IMG/VR virus record: IMGVR_UViG_3300031951_021456
Coordinates: 183,933 to 247,932 of that record
Length of the DNA stretch: 64,000 nt
Reading direction: 5' to 3' (one strand)
Shown here one piece after another: positions 63,794 to 64,000 of the stretch. Positions within the stretch are counted from its first letter, which is position 1. Each line of letters starts with the position of its first letter. The translations under genes and the position numbers were made by a program. The notes below the pieces were generated by a model that saw nothing but the letters and a program-made list of their open reading frames with translations, ran no database searches and was not told where the DNA came from.

Positions 63794-64000
63794 ATGCTCA
63801 CCCAAAAAGAACATAAGATTAAAAGACTCAAAGAAATCGCAACTGAAATTTCTACAGCAACTGATGAAACCCTTACTCAAAATCCAGAATGGTTTGAAGA
63901 ACTTATTGAGCTTTATGCTGAAACACTCAAACCTAAACCCAAACAAAAATGCAACAGTAGTATCGGTTGGACGGATGCTCGTTCATATTATAACAAATAA
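63794..64000 (+). CDS. Hypothetical protein
   Basis: 68 aa after a promoter. Confidence 0.55.
   Translation: MLTQKEHKIKRLKEIATEISTATDETLTQNPEWFEELIELYAETLKPKPKQKCNSSIGWTDARSYYNK

Noticed and set aside
13893-63946. Short minus-strand or alternate-frame track ORFs overlapping core genes (e.g. 13893, 20213, 24840, 28310, 32210, 40550, 46299, 49563, 52966, 63638)
   Set aside because: They lie wholly within confident genes, lack motifs, and have shadow-ORF composition.
1-64000. Photosynthesis auxiliary genes (psbA, psbD, hli) and rRNA
   Set aside because: No matching motifs are seen in this window.

Overview
This 64-kb AT-rich window comes from a T4-like cyanomyovirus (Kyanoviridae-like; the likely host is a picocyanobacterium). 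Positions 1-12.65 kb are an early/accessory block on the minus strand. It starts with a partial, cyanobacterial-type aspartyl-tRNA synthetase that the ORF track misses, and also carries NADAR, a ParB-like gene, an ATPase-only terminase paralog, a compact chlorovirus-like DNA ligase and ribbon-helix-helix regulators. The strand switches at about 12.7 kb, in one arm of a ~150-bp inverted repeat that brackets gp3-uvsY-uvsW and carries back-to-back promoters plus a phased CTTAA array (candidate origin or invertible segment). The plus strand then holds the T4 core replication module (gp55, gp47, gp46, gp45, gp44, gp62, regA, hsp20, gp43, uvsX, gp41, mazG, gp61, nrdA, nrdB), late genes, lysis-type enzymes, tRNA-Arg(TCT), tRNA-Gly(TCC), an RNA ligase and many small early genes. 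Standout observations: phage-borne aspS; an 11-member paralog family with constant ends and a variable core inserted into core operons; a 16-copy dyad motif at fixed spacing from -10 boxes; a duplicated promoter driving a probable small RNA; a PEP-CTERM-like high-GC late gene; and a late gene split by a single in-frame TGA. All calls are from reading the sequence and from recalled family motifs; no searches were run.
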